In this document: positions 1-7,010 of the stretch, piece by piece
Numbering within the stretch: position 1 is the first letter of the stretch
How the letters are laid out: each line of letters begins with the position of its first letter
Source of the DNA: a virus
Lineage: Duplodnaviria; Caudoviricetes
Direction: 5' to 3' (one strand)
Length of the DNA: 40,062 nt
IMG/VR virus record: IMGVR_UViG_3300033485_000042
Span: 1-40,062 of that record
Program-made: the position numbers and the translations under genes
The notes under the pieces: generated by a model
What the model was told of the DNA's origin: nothing
The model's database searches: none
What the model saw: the letters and a program-made list of their open reading frames with translations, nothing else

Positions 1-317
1 TGAAATAAGCAAAGCCGCCGATTGTTGTCAGCTTGCCGAGATCAGTTATCTGTGAGTTCCTGAAATCAGCAGACCCGCCGATTGTTGTCAGCTTTCCGAG
101 ATCAGTTATCTGTGATTCGCTGAAATCAGCAGACCCGCCGATTGTTGTCAGCTTTCCGAGATCAGTTATCTGTGATTCGCTGAAATCAGCAGACCCGCCG
201 ATTGTTGTCAGCTTGCCGAGATCAGTTATCTGTGATTCGCTGAAATCAGCAGACCCGCCGATTGTTGTCAGCTTGCCGAGATCAGTTATCTGTGATTCGC
301 TGAAATCAGCAGACCCG
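1..317. repeat. 60-bp tandem repeat array, ~5.3 units (coding)
   Basis: Near-identical 60-nt units tgaaatcagcagacccgccgattgttgtcagctt(t/g)ccgagatcagttatctgtgattcgc. Confidence 0.98.
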
Positions 318-1021
318 CTATATAAACATATTTTATCGCCACGATATCCAACTGATTCTATTAAATCATCAAATATAATTACGGTGTTTAAATACTCTGA
401 TTTTTCATTTTTACGGATATAACGCGATTTATATAGTTTGTTTATGCAATAATCCGGAAACATTTCGACTTTATACCCTAAATTATCCATTTCGGAATCA
501 CGCACATTCATCCCGGTAAACTCTAAAAACCGAACAACATAATCAATATAATTTGGGTGTATGTCTCCGTTTCCCTTCCCCTTTATTTGTACGTCTTTTT
601 CAATTGTGCAATGCGGATTGTTTTCTAAGTCGCGTAAAGAATATATATCGACATCGCGGCCAAAATAAGACGCTACGCAATGACGCATTAAAAAGCCCTC
701 ACGTTCATATGCTGATTTTGAAACAAGTTTTACGAACTTAAAGCCGTCGTTAAAATTCAGAACGGTCTCAATGTCGCTATTGGTTTCTATTATTTTGCCG
801 CCCTTCTTTTGTAACGAAGCATTCCATTTTTCGGTATTGCTTTTCATTTGCTCATATGTAGCTCTTTCAAGACGCGGCGGTCTTTTATTAGAGCATAGAT
901 AGTCAATAATATGCTCACACTCTGATTGATTTAATTTATCAACGATTCGCTTATCAATCCATGTTAATACGTCTTCTTTTGCATTCATGCCTTTTGCATA
1001 TTGAATTAGTTCACTTTTCAT
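1..1021 (-). CDS. PcfJ-like domain protein with C-terminal 20-aa LRR-like repeats, 5' part (continues across the contig end at 39479-40062)
   Basis: Manual translation gives an open frame from ATG at 1021 to the left edge: MKSELIQYAKG...AYEREGFLMRHCVASYFG..IYSLRDLENNPHCTIE..QIKGKGNG (PcfJ-type EGxxMxHCV / QxxGxxN motifs), then repeats of SESQITDLGKLTTIGGSADF. Absent from the ORF track because it has no stop before the edge. Confidence 0.85.
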   Translation of the reverse strand, partial: MKSELIQYAKGMNAKEDVLTWIDKRIVDKLNQSECEHIIDYLCSNKRPPRLERATYEQMKSNTEKWNASLQKKGGKIIETNSDIETVLNFNDGFKFVKLVSKSAYEREGFLMRHCVASYFGRDVDIYSLRDLENNPHCTIEKDVQIKGKGNGDIHPNYIDYVVRFLEFTGMNVRDSEMDNLGYKVEMFPDYCINKLYKSRYIRKNEKSEYLNTVIIFDDLIESVGYRGDKICLYSGSADFSESQITDLGKLTTIGGSADFSESQITDLGKLTTIGGSADFSESQITDLGKLTTIGGSADFSESQITDLGKLTTIGGSADFRNSQITDLGKLTTIGGFAYF

Positions 1022-1025
1022 ATAA

Positions 1026-1424
1026 TCACTCTTTTATTTTTGCCGCTTTTGCAAGCAGCTCATTTTGTGCAATAATATCAAAGATACATACCTTTTCATC
1101 GCAGTAGAATATCAAGTCTTTTTTCATCGCAGCGTCAACTTTCATTTTACCGCAAGATAGGCATTGTTTACGTGGTGAATCACATGGCCAATCAGATGTG
1201 CAAAGATGTTTGTCAATTTCAGCACAGGCACAAAAAGCGCAGTCAGAGCCGTTGCCATTTGCAACCGTCTCAATCAGTATCGGGCATTGATCTTGTCGCG
1301 GTGCTTCAATTCCCGAAAGCTTGCAGCCGCCTTCGTTTACAAACTCATCGCGGAAAATATGATGACGGCGTGCATCTGCTTTATTAGCGCATTTCGAGCA
1401 AGTTTCAGCGAAAAAGTCTTTCAT
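1026..1424 (-). CDS. Cys-rich hypothetical protein (13 Cys, several CxxC)
   Basis: ORF coupled to its neighbours; CSKC, CAFC and CLSC motifs. Confidence 0.7.
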   Translation of the reverse strand: MKDFFAETCSKCANKADARRHHIFRDEFVNEGGCKLSGIEAPRQDQCPILIETVANGNGSDCAFCACAEIDKHLCTSDWPCDSPRKQCLSCGKMKVDAAMKKDLIFYCDEKVCIFDIIAQNELLAKAAKIKE

Positions 1425-1738
1425 GACTGCCTCGCTTTGAGCATCATGTCAGCAAATACATATGCTCTTTCTGAAACTATTTCTCCAACCGTTCTGCCAT
1501 ATTCATCTTTGCTAAATGAATCAGTATTAGCACTTATAATAGCCTGCATAGCCTTAGACGCAAAATAGTCACGGAGCGTCATTCCGGAATATTGTTCTCT
1601 AGGCACTAAATCGCCAGCACTATTAAAGTCTTTATACTCACAGGGAAAAGCTGGTTCTGAATCTCTCATATCAATCACCTCTTTGACTAATATATCGCGC
1701 TGTTTTATTTTGTCAAGTATTTTATTTATAATTTTCAT
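1421..1738 (-). CDS. Conserved phage hypothetical protein (GMTLRDYFA motif family)
   Basis: PAFP...GMTLRDYFASKAMQA...AYVFADMMLKAR is a widespread small phage protein signature; the true start may be the internal MRDSEP. Confidence 0.8.
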   Translation of the reverse strand: MKIINKILDKIKQRDILVKEVIDMRDSEPAFPCEYKDFNSAGDLVPREQYSGMTLRDYFASKAMQAIISANTDSFSKDEYGRTVGEIVSERAYVFADMMLKARQS

Positions 1739-2588
1739 ATTTTACTGTTTTAAATATTGCTTTGTGGTTTACCCATCTCGAAAAGCGTTTAGCGTCTTGA
1801 TTGACTTCATTATTTTTAAAATTCCTAAATGGTTGCGCGAATGGGTCAAGTTTCAATCCCCTTAAAAATTCTACACGTTCTAGTGCATCATCAATGTCTT
1901 TTACTAATACATAAATAAAATAATTTGCCGGAGTACATCCGTATTCTCTTAATAATTTTGTTGCCCTTTCAATGTATGGCATTTGTGATAATGTATCGCA
2001 AGCCATTCTTAGCGGTTTAAGCCATTTACATCTTGACAACAATTTCGCTATATCTTTATTTTCGGCTATTATGCGTGCATCAAGCCCCTGATTAAAGTCT
2101 ATTTTAATCTTTTTATCTATAATCTTTTCAATTTGTTTTAGTCCGTGATCTATTGCAAGCGGATTATTATCTAATAATATAGCCTCTTTTCTATTATCTA
2201 AAAATTCGTCAATGTCGGAATGCTCTTTTAATTCACCCTCTTTTGACGGAACTATACACCATGAACATTTCCTTATACATCCTCTTGTCAAAAATCCGTA
2301 TGCCTCTTTGACATTATACAGACTATAGTCGGGACATATATGCTCAATGTCGTTATTCAGTTTAATATCATAATTATATCCCGAACCGCCCTTTATGATT
2401 TCAGGCGCAAAAGCCATTCCGCTATAATATTCTGTAAATGTGAAAACTTTACTCATGTATATTTTATCGAAAGTACCAATACTATTAAATTCTACGCTAT
2501 CACCTATTGACTTATGATATGCAGATAATTTCATCATTGCAAGATTTGGAAAATTATGACCATCTACATCAATAAGACATATTTTCAT
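1722..2588 (-). CDS. Phage radical SAM protein
   Basis: TRGCIRKCSWC (CxxxCxxC), N-terminal LIDVDGHNFPNLAMMKLSAYHK, LLDNN and DFNQGLDAR motifs. Confidence 0.9.
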   Translation of the reverse strand: MKICLIDVDGHNFPNLAMMKLSAYHKSIGDSVEFNSIGTFDKIYMSKVFTFTEYYSGMAFAPEIIKGGSGYNYDIKLNNDIEHICPDYSLYNVKEAYGFLTRGCIRKCSWCIVPSKEGELKEHSDIDEFLDNRKEAILLDNNPLAIDHGLKQIEKIIDKKIKIDFNQGLDARIIAENKDIAKLLSRCKWLKPLRMACDTLSQMPYIERATKLLREYGCTPANYFIYVLVKDIDDALERVEFLRGLKLDPFAQPFRNFKNNEVNQDAKRFSRWVNHKAIFKTVKYENYK

Positions 2589-2922
2589 TTTCCCATTCCT
2601 TTATCATTTTTGCAAATGATTTGCCTTCGGAATATTCTTCGTTTAAAATAATCTTTATTCTTTTATTTAAGGCAAACGAAACACCCAAATCAAAGTGTGT
2701 TCCCTGCGATAATGATGAATAAAAAACATGAACCTCGTCGCTTTCGATGATCGCATTTTTATTTTGTATGCATATTTCAAGTCCCTTTTTATTTTGATCG
2801 GTGTCTCTATGCGGCAAATGCACGATATTACCATAGGATTCTAGTTCGGATACGTAAGATAAAAGCATATCCCTATATTCATCATTCATGCCTCTAACAG
2901 AACATATTACAAATATTTTCAC
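2569..2922 (-). CDS. Nucleoside 2-deoxyribosyltransferase (NDT)-like protein
   Basis: KIFVICS...VHLPHRD...AIIESDEVHVFY..SQGTHFDLGVSFALNKRI matches the NDT/DUF4406-like Rossmannoid pattern. Confidence 0.7.
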   Translation of the reverse strand: MKIFVICSVRGMNDEYRDMLLSYVSELESYGNIVHLPHRDTDQNKKGLEICIQNKNAIIESDEVHVFYSSLSQGTHFDLGVSFALNKRIKIILNEEYSEGKSFAKMIKEWENENMSY

Positions 2923-2925
2923 TTT

Positions 2926-3516
2926 TTACGCTCCTACTATCAATTTATTCATATCAGGCAATATACTCTTTGCCGCGTCACTTGTCAATAAAAGTTTAAT
3001 ATTTTCTTCGTTTCCGATGTATATCATATTATTGTCAGCCGTTTCAAGTTCGCCTCTAAATTTGCGCGGTTCTTTCGGCAAGTTCATTTCGTTCGCACAC
3101 TTAAACGCTGCTATAAAGCCCTTACGCATGAAAGGGGCTTCCTCTGTAGTTCTATCGCAAAAGTTCATCCAGCCGCCTATCGCCTGTAGTGCATGGCTGA
3201 TACGGGGGTCTTCAATTGCTATTGACGCATATCTGTATGATTTCTTTTCAAGCAGTGCGTAGGCTTTCGCGGCTTCTACTTCGACATTGGCCTTGTCAAC
3301 CGTTTCAAAGACTTTATTAAATAGTGCTATATCCGGCAATGACCGAAAGTTTTTAGAATGGTTTAATATTACACGCTTTCCAGCCTCTGAGTAGTCAATG
3401 CCTTTTGAGTCAAGAAAAGATTTAATCATATCGGCGTGATAATCTTCATACCGTTCGCCGTTAGTAACGCTTGAATAATGCTTTTCAATAAGCATCTGCA
3501 TTTCATTAAAATTCAT
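2926..3516 (-). CDS. DUF6475-like protein, putative helicase loader/inhibitor
   Basis: Directly downstream of the initiator; LPDIA and EDPRISHALQAIGGWMNFC motifs. Confidence 0.65.
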   Translation of the reverse strand: MNFNEMQMLIEKHYSSVTNGERYEDYHADMIKSFLDSKGIDYSEAGKRVILNHSKNFRSLPDIALFNKVFETVDKANVEVEAAKAYALLEKKSYRYASIAIEDPRISHALQAIGGWMNFCDRTTEEAPFMRKGFIAAFKCANEMNLPKEPRKFRGELETADNNMIYIGNEENIKLLLTSDAAKSILPDMNKLIVGA

Positions 3517-4259
3517 ACTTCCCCCCTTTTAGCGTTTAATTCTGCTAAACGTGCTTGACCATCAAATTGTTTTTGCGGTTGTTTTTTATTACCCATTTGC
3601 TTAAATAATGTGTCAAAATGCTTTCTTAACTTTTCACCGCTCATAATATTATTACTCCAAAAGCTATCAGATGTACAATAATCAATAACTTGTTTTATTA
3701 TGTCAATATCTATTTTGTCTATTCTGTGTAGCTTATCTATGTCACTATACCATGCTTTTAATTTTGGTGGGTTGCTTCTCCATTTAATGGGATCAGATTT
3801 TGTCTTTATATTGTCATAAAGGAACTGACACAATTCTTTAATATTAGAATCAAGCGGTATTGCCGCGTTCTTATTATCCTTACCTTCCCTATCCTTACCT
3901 TCCCTATCCTTACCTGTGTCAACGGATGGTATACCAGATGTCAGCAGCTTCATTTCGGCCTTATATATTTCAAGATATTTGCTTTCGGTGTATCGGTCTG
4001 ATCTTAAATAGTTGTTTTCTTTCCAAGCGGTTATTACTAGTACTTTATCGTCAAAAATGTGGACAAAACCTTTAGACTGTAAAACTCTCAAATCGTCTGG
4101 TTTACTATCCGTCATTCTCATAATAGAAAAATGCTCACAAAATCCGTCATCATCTGCGTTCATTCCGAGATGAAAATATAAGTTTTGAGAACTGTTAGGC
4201 ATCATTAAAAATTGACTAGAATTAGTAATGCTCTTTGAAAACATTCTACGTTGTGCCAT
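3513..4259 (-). CDS. Phage replication initiator / replisome organizer
   Basis: N-terminus MAQRRMFSKSITNSSQFLMMP..SQNLYFHLGMNADDDGF; C-terminal DSFWSNNIMSGEKLRKHFDTL; repetitive central linker. Confidence 0.9.
   Translation of the reverse strand: MAQRRMFSKSITNSSQFLMMPNSSQNLYFHLGMNADDDGFCEHFSIMRMTDSKPDDLRVLQSKGFVHIFDDKVLVITAWKENNYLRSDRYTESKYLEIYKAEMKLLTSGIPSVDTGKDREGKDREGKDNKNAAIPLDSNIKELCQFLYDNIKTKSDPIKWRSNPPKLKAWYSDIDKLHRIDKIDIDIIKQVIDYCTSDSFWSNNIMSGEKLRKHFDTLFKQMGNKKQPQKQFDGQARLAELNAKRGEV
3875..3915. repeat. 15-bp direct repeats inside the initiator gene (candidate origin iterons)
   Basis: tatccttacct followed by (tccctatccttacct)x2, encoding GKDRE GKDRE GKD. Confidence 0.6.
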
Positions 4260-4609
4260 TATACAACCCCATTATCGTTTAATTTTTTCATAAATTCGTC
4301 ATATCTTTTAACGGCATCACGAAAGCAATTGATTACTTGTCGCTTTCTGCTGCGCCGTGTTCCATATAGTCGCTTTTTAAGCTTGCGTGGTAATTTAAAC
4401 ATACGACGTAATGCTTTCCTGTTTAAATATGTAAGTTTGCCGGATATAGTAAATGTCTGGCTAAAATTAGTCAATGGGTGTATCGTCTCACAATCGCAGT
4501 AATCTAATGACTCGCTTATGTTTACATCGTTAGTAATAGTTCCTATGTCGCTCCATTCTCCGGTGTCTGGATGCTGTATCTGAAACTTTGTGTCTTTCGG
4601 TATTAGCAT
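4259..4609 (-). CDS. Hypothetical protein
   Basis: AGGAG RBS before the ATG; coupled to the initiator gene; basic C-terminus. Confidence 0.7.
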   Translation of the reverse strand: MLIPKDTKFQIQHPDTGEWSDIGTITNDVNISESLDYCDCETIHPLTNFSQTFTISGKLTYLNRKALRRMFKLPRKLKKRLYGTRRSRKRQVINCFRDAVKRYDEFMKKLNDNGVV

Positions 4610-4623
4610 GATAACTCCTATAA

Positions 4624-4662
4624 AATAAAAAAGCCCGGATCATCTGCGAAATGAAACCGGGC
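4624..4662 (-). terminator. Intrinsic terminator
   Basis: GCCCGG...CCGGGC stem followed by TTTTTTATTTT on the minus strand. Confidence 0.7.
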
Positions 4663-4749
4663 CGAATCTTCAAAGACTCACATATATCGCAGTTATATGT
4701 CAGGCCTTGAACGTGAAAGATGATGTAAAATAATCCTGTTAGTTTTAAT

Positions 4750-4908
4750 TGGTGGCGACATGATTTGATACATGTACGCAGGTTCACTTAACGGTCTATC
4801 ACCTTCATCCGACAATGGATAGTCATATATGTCGGACTGCATTCGTCAACCTCACGATTGATAACCCTGCATCCCCCGTCGATCGCGTCTATCTTCCGCC
4901 ACGCCACT
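4750..4908 (-). ncRNA. tRNA-like RNA lacking an anticodon arm, with a ~110-nt structured insert
   Basis: 5' AGTGGCG-TG-GCGGAAGATAGACGC (Leu/Ser-type D arm); 3' ACATG-TATCAAAT-CATGT-CGCCAC-CA (T-like arm plus 6-bp acceptor stem); starts just downstream of its own promoter. Confidence 0.65.
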
Positions 4909-4913
4909 GGTGA

Positions 4914-4942
4914 AGAGTACTAAGAACTCACCCATTTGTCAA
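4914..4942 (-). promoter_or_regulatory. sigma70-type promoter for the tRNA-like RNA
   Basis: TTGACA (4942-4937), N17, TACTCT (4919-4914). Confidence 0.7.
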
Positions 4943-4964
4943 TCGTTTTTTTCGGTTATGCGTA

Positions 4965-5132
4965 TTATTTTTGAATACAATCCGGCAGCTCACAGTAAAG
5001 ACATTGCATATTGCATCGCGGCTTTCTGTTTACGATTGCGTTAACCTTTTCGATTAACGGTTTGCATCGGTAGCAGTACTCAGCCCGTGGACGATATCCA
5101 GTGTCGAGATTACAGTTTTTACACTTAGCCAT
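4965..5132 (-). CDS. 55-aa Cys-rich (8 Cys) protein
   Basis: Manual translation MAKCKNC...YCYRCKP...CNMQCLYCELPDCIQK; below the ORF-track cutoff. Confidence 0.6.
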   Translation of the reverse strand: MAKCKNCNLDTGYRPRAEYCYRCKPLIEKVNAIVNRKPRCNMQCLYCELPDCIQK

Positions 5133-5196
5133 AAAATAAGCCGGTATATTCCAACCGGCATCTCCTTTAAAGATTTTATAATAAGGTAATCACACG

Positions 5197-5616
5197 CTAG
5201 TTAAGATCAATCGTTTTCAATGTGAACTTCACGCCGATTTCAATTGTATTTGTATCTTTCAAATTTGGCATATACTCAACAGTACGACCGTAATCTGTAT
5301 GACGCTGCTGATAGCTTCTTGCGCTCATGTTTCGAGTATAACGAAAGTAAGCATACTTGATTTCAGCGTTTAGGCCGAAAGTATACACGTCTTTAAAGTA
5401 CGGATTGTAATACGCTTTGATTCTTTGCGCCGGGAATGTCTGGAACGTCCCGAACGGCTCTACTTTTACGAACTGATAAACGATAGGCAGACCGATTCGA
5501 GCGTGTCCGTAAAGCGGTACGTTGCCGTCATTACCACATACACCGATTTCAACCGATTGTGCGTATGTTGCTACTGTGAGCAGACAAAACGCGATGCTGA
5601 TCAAAAGCTTTTTCAT
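5197..5616 (-). CDS. Exported, outer-membrane beta-barrel-like protein
   Basis: Signal peptide MKKLLISIAFCLLTVATYA; amphipathic strands (YTFGLNAEIKYAYFRYTRN, IEIGVKF); strong RBS AAGGAAGGTGA. Confidence 0.7.
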   Translation of the reverse strand: MKKLLISIAFCLLTVATYAQSVEIGVCGNDGNVPLYGHARIGLPIVYQFVKVEPFGTFQTFPAQRIKAYYNPYFKDVYTFGLNAEIKYAYFRYTRNMSARSYQQRHTDYGRTVEYMPNLKDTNTIEIGVKFTLKTIDLN

Positions 5617-5771
5617 AAATCACCTTCCTTTTTATTAAAATATTCTTTAGCCCAATAGTTACCTACACGTATCCAGCATATAGCATAAGACACAATAAAT
5701 GATATTAAAAAAATAGGCATAAACGCTGATTCAAAAATAATTCTCATAAAATCAAATAGTTCTTTTTTCAT
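5613..5771 (-). CDS. 52-aa single-TM protein
   Basis: MKKELFDFMRIIFESAFMPIFLISFIVSYAICWIRVG...KKEGDL; ATGA overlaps at both ends. Confidence 0.65.
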   Translation of the reverse strand: MKKELFDFMRIIFESAFMPIFLISFIVSYAICWIRVGNYWAKEYFNKKEGDL

Positions 5772-5917
5772 TCGTTGACCTCTCTTACTTCATAACTTAC
5801 ATATGCTCCCGGCTTATATAAATTACACGCCGAATCAGCCTCAGCCCTCGTGTCCCATTCCGATACAACTTTCTCGAAATGATCATCAAAATACCTACAC
5901 ACTTGAAACTTTTTCAT
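5768..5917 (-). CDS. 49-aa hypothetical protein
   Basis: MKKFQVCRYFDDHFEKVVSEWDTRAEA...; strong RBS and ATGA coupling. Confidence 0.65.
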   Translation of the reverse strand: MKKFQVCRYFDDHFEKVVSEWDTRAEADSACNLYKPGAYVSYEVREVNE

Positions 5918-6057
5918 AAATCACCTTCCTTTTTTGATTCGTAAAAATCTTCCCCCGTGTCTACATCCTCGTCATTATCGTGAATCCCATAATCGCAAGG
6001 CAATACATCGTTTTTAGATTCTCTTTTGCGTCCACATACTAAACATATCTTATCCAT
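5914..6057 (-). CDS. 47-aa hypothetical protein
   Basis: MDKICLVCGRKRE...SKKEGDL; AAGGAGG RBS. Confidence 0.6.
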   Translation of the reverse strand: MDKICLVCGRKRESKNDVLPCDYGIHDNDEDVDTGEDFYESKKEGDL

Positions 6058-6061
6058 AGTA

Positions 6062-6301
6062 TTACCTCCTTACAATACTTGATGTGCCGTTAGGATATAT
6101 ACAGTAAATATCACCTTTGACATATGCATATCTGTATAATCCGCCTGTGGAAAACGCTTCACTAATCAGACGATTAGATGAGTCGTATTTGTACTTAATG
6201 CTTGTTCCGTCCGACCATGTAACGCTTTCAATGTTTCCGTGCTTTTCGCGTATTGGTGAATCATTGAAAAGAATTAAATTAGATACACTGCGCTCGTTCA
6301 T
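6062..6301 (-). CDS. Small YD/RHS-repeat-like protein
   Basis: GNIESVTWSDGTSIKYKYDSSNRLISEAFSTGGLYRYAY; AAGGAGG RBS. Confidence 0.65.
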   Translation of the reverse strand: MNERSVSNLILFNDSPIREKHGNIESVTWSDGTSIKYKYDSSNRLISEAFSTGGLYRYAYVKGDIYCIYPNGTSSIVRR

Positions 6302-6474
6302 ATCGCCTCCTTAATCTTTAAAGCTTCACAAGTCGCGGATTCTTTCATGCTGTCAACGATAGACTGAATTTTGTTGATCTGTTCTTCGTAATGCTTCGGG
6401 TCTATTTCATTTATCGCCATGAATAGCTCCAATTCTACAAGATCGGATATAATTGGCGTTGTAAAAGATTTCAT
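6298..6474 (-). CDS. 58-aa hypothetical protein
   Basis: Manual translation MKSFTTPIISDLVELELF...; GGAG RBS and ATGA coupling. Confidence 0.6.
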   Translation of the reverse strand: MKSFTTPIISDLVELELFMAINEIDPKHYEEQINKIQSIVDSMKESATCEALKIKEAI

Positions 6475-6632
6475 AGTATCTCCCTATATTTCCTTAGACA
6501 ATCTAAATTTGCCGTCAAGCTGAAACATCCTTCCGGGTTAGATTTCAGCAACGCTTCGAATGTATCAATATCTGGTTCGCTTGTCGGTTTGTCGATCATA
6601 TCATTATCAAGATCATATACTGTTACCAACAT
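6471..6632 (-). CDS. 53-aa hypothetical protein
   Basis: MLVTVYDLDNDMIDKP...; AAGGAGGT RBS. Confidence 0.6.
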   Translation of the reverse strand: MLVTVYDLDNDMIDKPTSEPDIDTFEALLKSNPEGCFSLTANLDCLRKYREIL

Positions 6633-6644
6633 AACGTTACCTCC

Positions 6645-6842
6645 TTATTCAGTTTCAAATTTTACATTAAGAGGATTAAATATCCTCCATACTGACCCGT
6701 CTGAATAGCGAACATCATAGAACCACTTATCCCCTTCTCCGGTTGGTCGATGTTCTGCTATCTTAATAATCCCACATTTACCAATAGTATAAATAGTTGC
6801 ATTCTCTTCATTATCACCGGAAACCAATTGTATTATTTTCAT
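6645..6842 (-). CDS. Hypothetical protein, first gene of the leftward early operon
   Basis: Start re-assigned to ATG 6842 (MKIIQLVSGD...) with an AAGGAG RBS. Confidence 0.7.
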   Translation of the reverse strand: MKIIQLVSGDNEENATIYTIGKCGIIKIAEHRPTGEGDKWFYDVRYSDGSVWRIFNPLNVKFETE

Positions 6843-6867
6843 ATAGTAGCTCCTTCTTTTAAATATC

Positions 6868-6896
6868 AATATATTAGGTATATAATAAGCCGTCAA
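6868..6896 (-). promoter_or_regulatory. Leftward early sigma70 promoter
   Basis: TTGACG-N17-TATATT with an A-tract UP-like element. Confidence 0.75.
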
Positions 6897-6957
6897 GTAT
6901 TTTTTTGATATTGGAGTAAAAAAGTTGAATTTTTATTAAAAAAAAGATGAAAAAAAC

Positions 6958-6985
6958 TTGACTTTTACAACATATGTATTATATT
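6958..6985 (+). promoter_or_regulatory. Rightward early sigma70 promoter
   Basis: TTGACT-N16-TATATT preceded by A-tracts. Confidence 0.7.
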
Positions 6986-7010
6986 CATATTATGAAGAAA
7001 AGGAGATTAT

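Larger units (their letters stand above)
5608..5934. repeat. 26-bp direct repeat (5608-5633 and 5909-5934) spanning RBS, stop and start
   Basis: Identical ctttttcataaatcaccttccttttt (minus strand AAAAAGGAAGGTGATTTATGAAAAAG). Confidence 0.9.

Noticed and set aside
1-317. Terminal repeats as a CRISPR array or true direct terminal repeats
   Set aside because: Units are contiguous with no unique spacers, are a multiple of 3 and encode a protein repeat; the two ends do not match end-to-end, so this is an assembly break.
33-422. Plus-strand repeat ORF (PRSVICDSLKSADPPIVVS)
   Set aside because: Antisense shadow of the PcfJ-LRR gene, which has a proper start, operon context and recognisable motifs.
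4530-4787. 85-aa minus-strand ORF
   Set aside because: Overlaps the tRNA-like 3' end, hairpins and a terminator, and has no RBS.
4750-4908. Canonical tRNA, tmRNA or intron-containing tRNA
   Set aside because: No anticodon stem-loop, 8-nt T loop, too short for tmRNA or a group I intron; kept as a tRNA-like ncRNA.
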